Shown here in pieces: positions 60,941-64,000 of a stretch of 64,000 bases of DNA. The notes below the pieces were generated by a model. That model worked only from the letters and a program-made list of their open reading frames with translations, had not been told where the DNA came from and ran no database searches. How positions within the stretch are numbered: position 1 is the first letter of the stretch; the number at the start of each line of letters is the position of its first letter. Both the position numbers and the translations under genes were made by a program. Source of the stretch: Eledone cirrhosa (taxonomy: Eukaryota); assembly GCA_964016885.1 (NCBI GenBank), contig OZ024742.1:304730001-304794000 (forward strand), written 5' to 3'.

Positions 60941-61371
60941 TGGGGAAAGATAAAGAGATTATTACTATATATAAAGCAGAAATCAAAATAAAAATGAAAT
61001 AAAAATAAAATGGGAGGGTTACGTGTCCGTAAAGAATCCTCAGATTAGCAACTCCCTAGATGGGGCACCTTGGCACTGGAGAATTTCATATGTATGGTAT
61101 AAATAAACATTAGATGTCTGTCGAGGCTGAAGGTAAACACTGGTGCCTATCACATACCAAAATGGATTTCAAGGGAGGTAACTCCTTGGAGAGCCAAGAA
61201 TCCCACTAGGAGCTGTAACCAAGGTAGGGTAGGGAGGTAGCTTATAGGTATAGATGCAGTGGGATTTGTAGCTAAGATAATGCCAGGGAGGTAACTTATA
61301 GGTGCTTATGTGGTGGACTAATGATGCCATTAATTTGTTAGTTTTAAGGAGGGGCATGACTAAAGGATGTG

Positions 61372-61803
61372 CTAAGCTGGGTCGAATATTCTGTTGGCGA
61401 AGGGACTCGCTCTGCGGTGGTGGCAGTTGATGACCAACTCATTCCTGTCATTGATGGGGTGTGGCCTTGACAAAGTTATGTGATAGGCCTCGGTAAGTCA
61501 GAGATCGCAAGAGTTTCTTCTCCCATTAAATGCAGGAGATCTAGTTAAGATATACCTAGCTATTGAATGTTCAATGTTGGCAAGTCTAAGGTTTTTAATG
61601 AACCTAGTTAGAGAAGTTGAGCATCTATTGCTAGGGTCGCGGAAGGAAAATGAGTGCGCATTATAGCGAACATTAAAGGGGTTTGATGTAGAGCCAATAT
61701 AAGAACTAGTGGATGAGGCCGTTCTAACCCTGCACCTATATACGATATTGGGCGTAAGGCACTGGCCGTTAAGCGGGCACGCAGTGGGGTTACGGCAGTT
61801 GCA
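61372..61803 (-). pseudogene. GIY-YIG endonuclease domain of the PLE, one in-frame TGA
   Basis: Hand translation: CNCRNPTACPLNGQCLTPNIVYRC...YIGSTSNPFNVRYNAHSFSF...TSL...CDL*LTEAYHI...INDRNELVINCHH...stop (TAG 61372-61374); TGA at 61498-61500. Confidence 0.85.
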
Positions 61804-62561
61804 ATTACGGTTGCGATTAGTAGGAGTAGGGTTGTTTAAACTATGCGGCTGGTGTGTACTAGAGGGATTGGAGGGAGGTGTTCTGTTATTACCATGAGTA
61901 TTGGTACGGCTACGTGGAGTACTTATGGGGGTGGTGGTGCCGCAGGGGGGAAGTAATATTTGTTTAGTTTATGATAGTTGCTAAATTCGATGTGGCTAGC
62001 TAGGTTCGGTGTAGTGGAGAAGGAGATTTTAATATTGTTTTTATTAAAGAGCTTTTAATGTCTATGGTGAGGTGGGGGGGGGGGATATTTAGATAGGATG
62101 GAGAAGAAGCATTTAGGGTTGCTGTTAGCTACATTAGATGAGAAAGGGGGGTTGATCGTGGAGATTTTTCTAGGCCTGTTGCGTCTATGGGGTCTAGCAG
62201 AGTTGGCAGGGGCATTACTAGGGTTATTATTGCCAATGTGCTTGCTAATGGTCGGCCTATTATCATTTCTTAATCTAGGGTTGATTCAAAATCTGCTGAA
62301 TATGTATATATATATATATATATATGCACACACACATATATATATATATATTATTGATTTATTGATATTTTATTTGAGTGACCCGAATCTTCCTGGTCGT
62401 TCTTTTTCGGCTGCATGGGTGATTTTAGGCATAATCTTTTAGTGTTGGTAATTTAACGATAGTTATAGCTCTGATTTACCCAAATAATTGAGCCCTCTGC
62501 CACTCATATCGGATTTGTTTATCGTTAATTCGTGAGCTGATTTTCCGATACTCGATTATTC

Positions 62562-62596
<35 letters not shown>

Positions 62597-62928
62597 TTTC
62601 AGTATGTGTATATATATATATATATAGGCATGTATGTAAAAATTAAACAGAATTAACCAGACAAGCGACACAGTAAATTTAAGAAATATATTCTTCACTA
62701 ACACTAAACATCCATGTGGTAGACGATTCAATGAATGTCGGTGTGCCTATAAATATCTTGACTTTTCTGTACTTATAAAGGTGTCACGTAAAAGAAAAAT
62801 AGATGCGTCATCATTTTTTGTAAATCAGAAAGCAATGTACTAATATATATTGTGTATATTGTTGTGTACGAAGTTACATATATATGTATATTTATATGTG
62901 TAAACATGCCTATCCATTGATGTATGGG

Positions 62929-62989
<61 letters not shown>

Positions 62990-64000
62990 TAAAAGACATT
63001 TATAAGTACCGTATAAAATTCCACCCCTTACTAATGTTGTGACCTTTTCCGAGTTTAGAAATCGTTAATGTAAAATATATTATCTAAATAGGAAATCCTT
63101 TGAATTCAGGATGAGGACTCCAATAATACTGAATGAAGTGATAATGAATACTGATTCATAACTGTAGCTGTGCAGCATAATCACGCGACTCCATGCCTCT
63201 ATTACTCACATTTCATCTTTGTAAAGTTCTGAAGAGTATTATATGCATAAGGTTAATTATCTATTTTGAATAAAAACAGAATCGTTTTTAGAATACACCT
63301 ACGGTTTCCATCCCGGAAGAATCTGCTTGATATCACTTCTTCAACAATGTAACTGAACCATCAAGGGTGTATACTGTGGATAACGAATTAGCTATGTATT
63401 CCTTCATTTAATCACTTCATCTTTATAGCTTTAAATTTTTACTCAGTAGTGTTTCCGTCTACCACTTCATTTGTTTTGGTTAGTAGGTTGCCATTTCATC
63501 TTCAAGAAATTTAAGTATTCATGTTTAGGTGAGATCTCCCACCATGATATGTTCTATGATTTATTTTTAATTCTTTATAACCCTCTATTTCTTGCTGTCC
63601 TAATTACATCTCTCCTGGCCAACCTCTATATTCTATTTTTGGTGATTCATTTTCATATAGTTTTGTTTTCTTTTTTAAATCCACTTCATTCGTCAGAACT
63701 AATTAAATATTTTTATTGATGCAAGGATTCATAGCTTTCTTTTATCAACAATTCTTTCAGCCGCTGTTGCTAGAATTTTCTCAAAGAATTACTGTTAATA
63801 CTTGAACATTTAAATTTGATAATAATATTTTTTCTCTAATTTTGTTTGTATGATTGATGCTATAAATTTTTCAGATATTTCACATTTGCATTTCAATTTT
63901 TCATGATTGATTTGAGCTTAATATCCATTGTTAATATTAAAAGCTAGTAATCGTTGTCTATATCTAAACCTAGAAGCACCCACGTTTTGTGTTCATCTAT

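Larger units (their letters stand above)
60714..62300 (-). mobile_element. 5'-truncated Penelope-like retroelement in (TA)n (probably Hydra-clade type)
   Basis: Linker motifs RPRKISTINPPFSSNV and KLFNKNNIKISFS, a GIY-YIG domain, a 3' UTR with a hammerhead motif, and (TA)n at both ends. RT core absent. Clade assignment rests on the recalled CxCx5C linker signature. Confidence 0.85.

Noticed and set aside
61709-62442. Plus-strand ORFs 61709-61897 and 62098-62442
   Set aside because: They are antisense shadows of the minus-strand PLE coding region.

Overview
Very AT-rich eukaryotic, non-coding DNA dominated by (TA)n, (CA)n and (CT)n microsatellites, tRNA-derived SINEs and decayed LINE and Penelope-like element (PLE) fragments. 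The repeat landscape strongly resembles an octopus (cephalopod) genome; this is an inference from recalled SINE motifs, not a database result. No intact host protein-coding gene is visible, and almost all ORFs in the track are microsatellite artefacts (YI/TH/CV/SL runs). Main signals: (1) several unrelated short elements embedded in (TA)n arrays share one architecture: a near-perfect palindrome, a one-sided tail, and hammerhead-ribozyme (HHR) motifs at or near the fold-back point. They include U3-A8 core variants with a compensatory helix II change. A 5'-truncated PLE with a readable GIY-YIG endonuclease and its own HHR lies at 60.7-62.3 kb. (2) A textbook recursive splice site at 49,530 (branch point, pyrimidine tract, CAG|GTAAGT, and a second donor 59 nt downstream) suggests the window lies in a giant intron of a + strand gene. 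(3) A dense bZIP/E-box/CCAAT motif cluster lies at 39.0-39.3 kb. All coordinates were read by eye; element boundaries may be off by a few to tens of bases.
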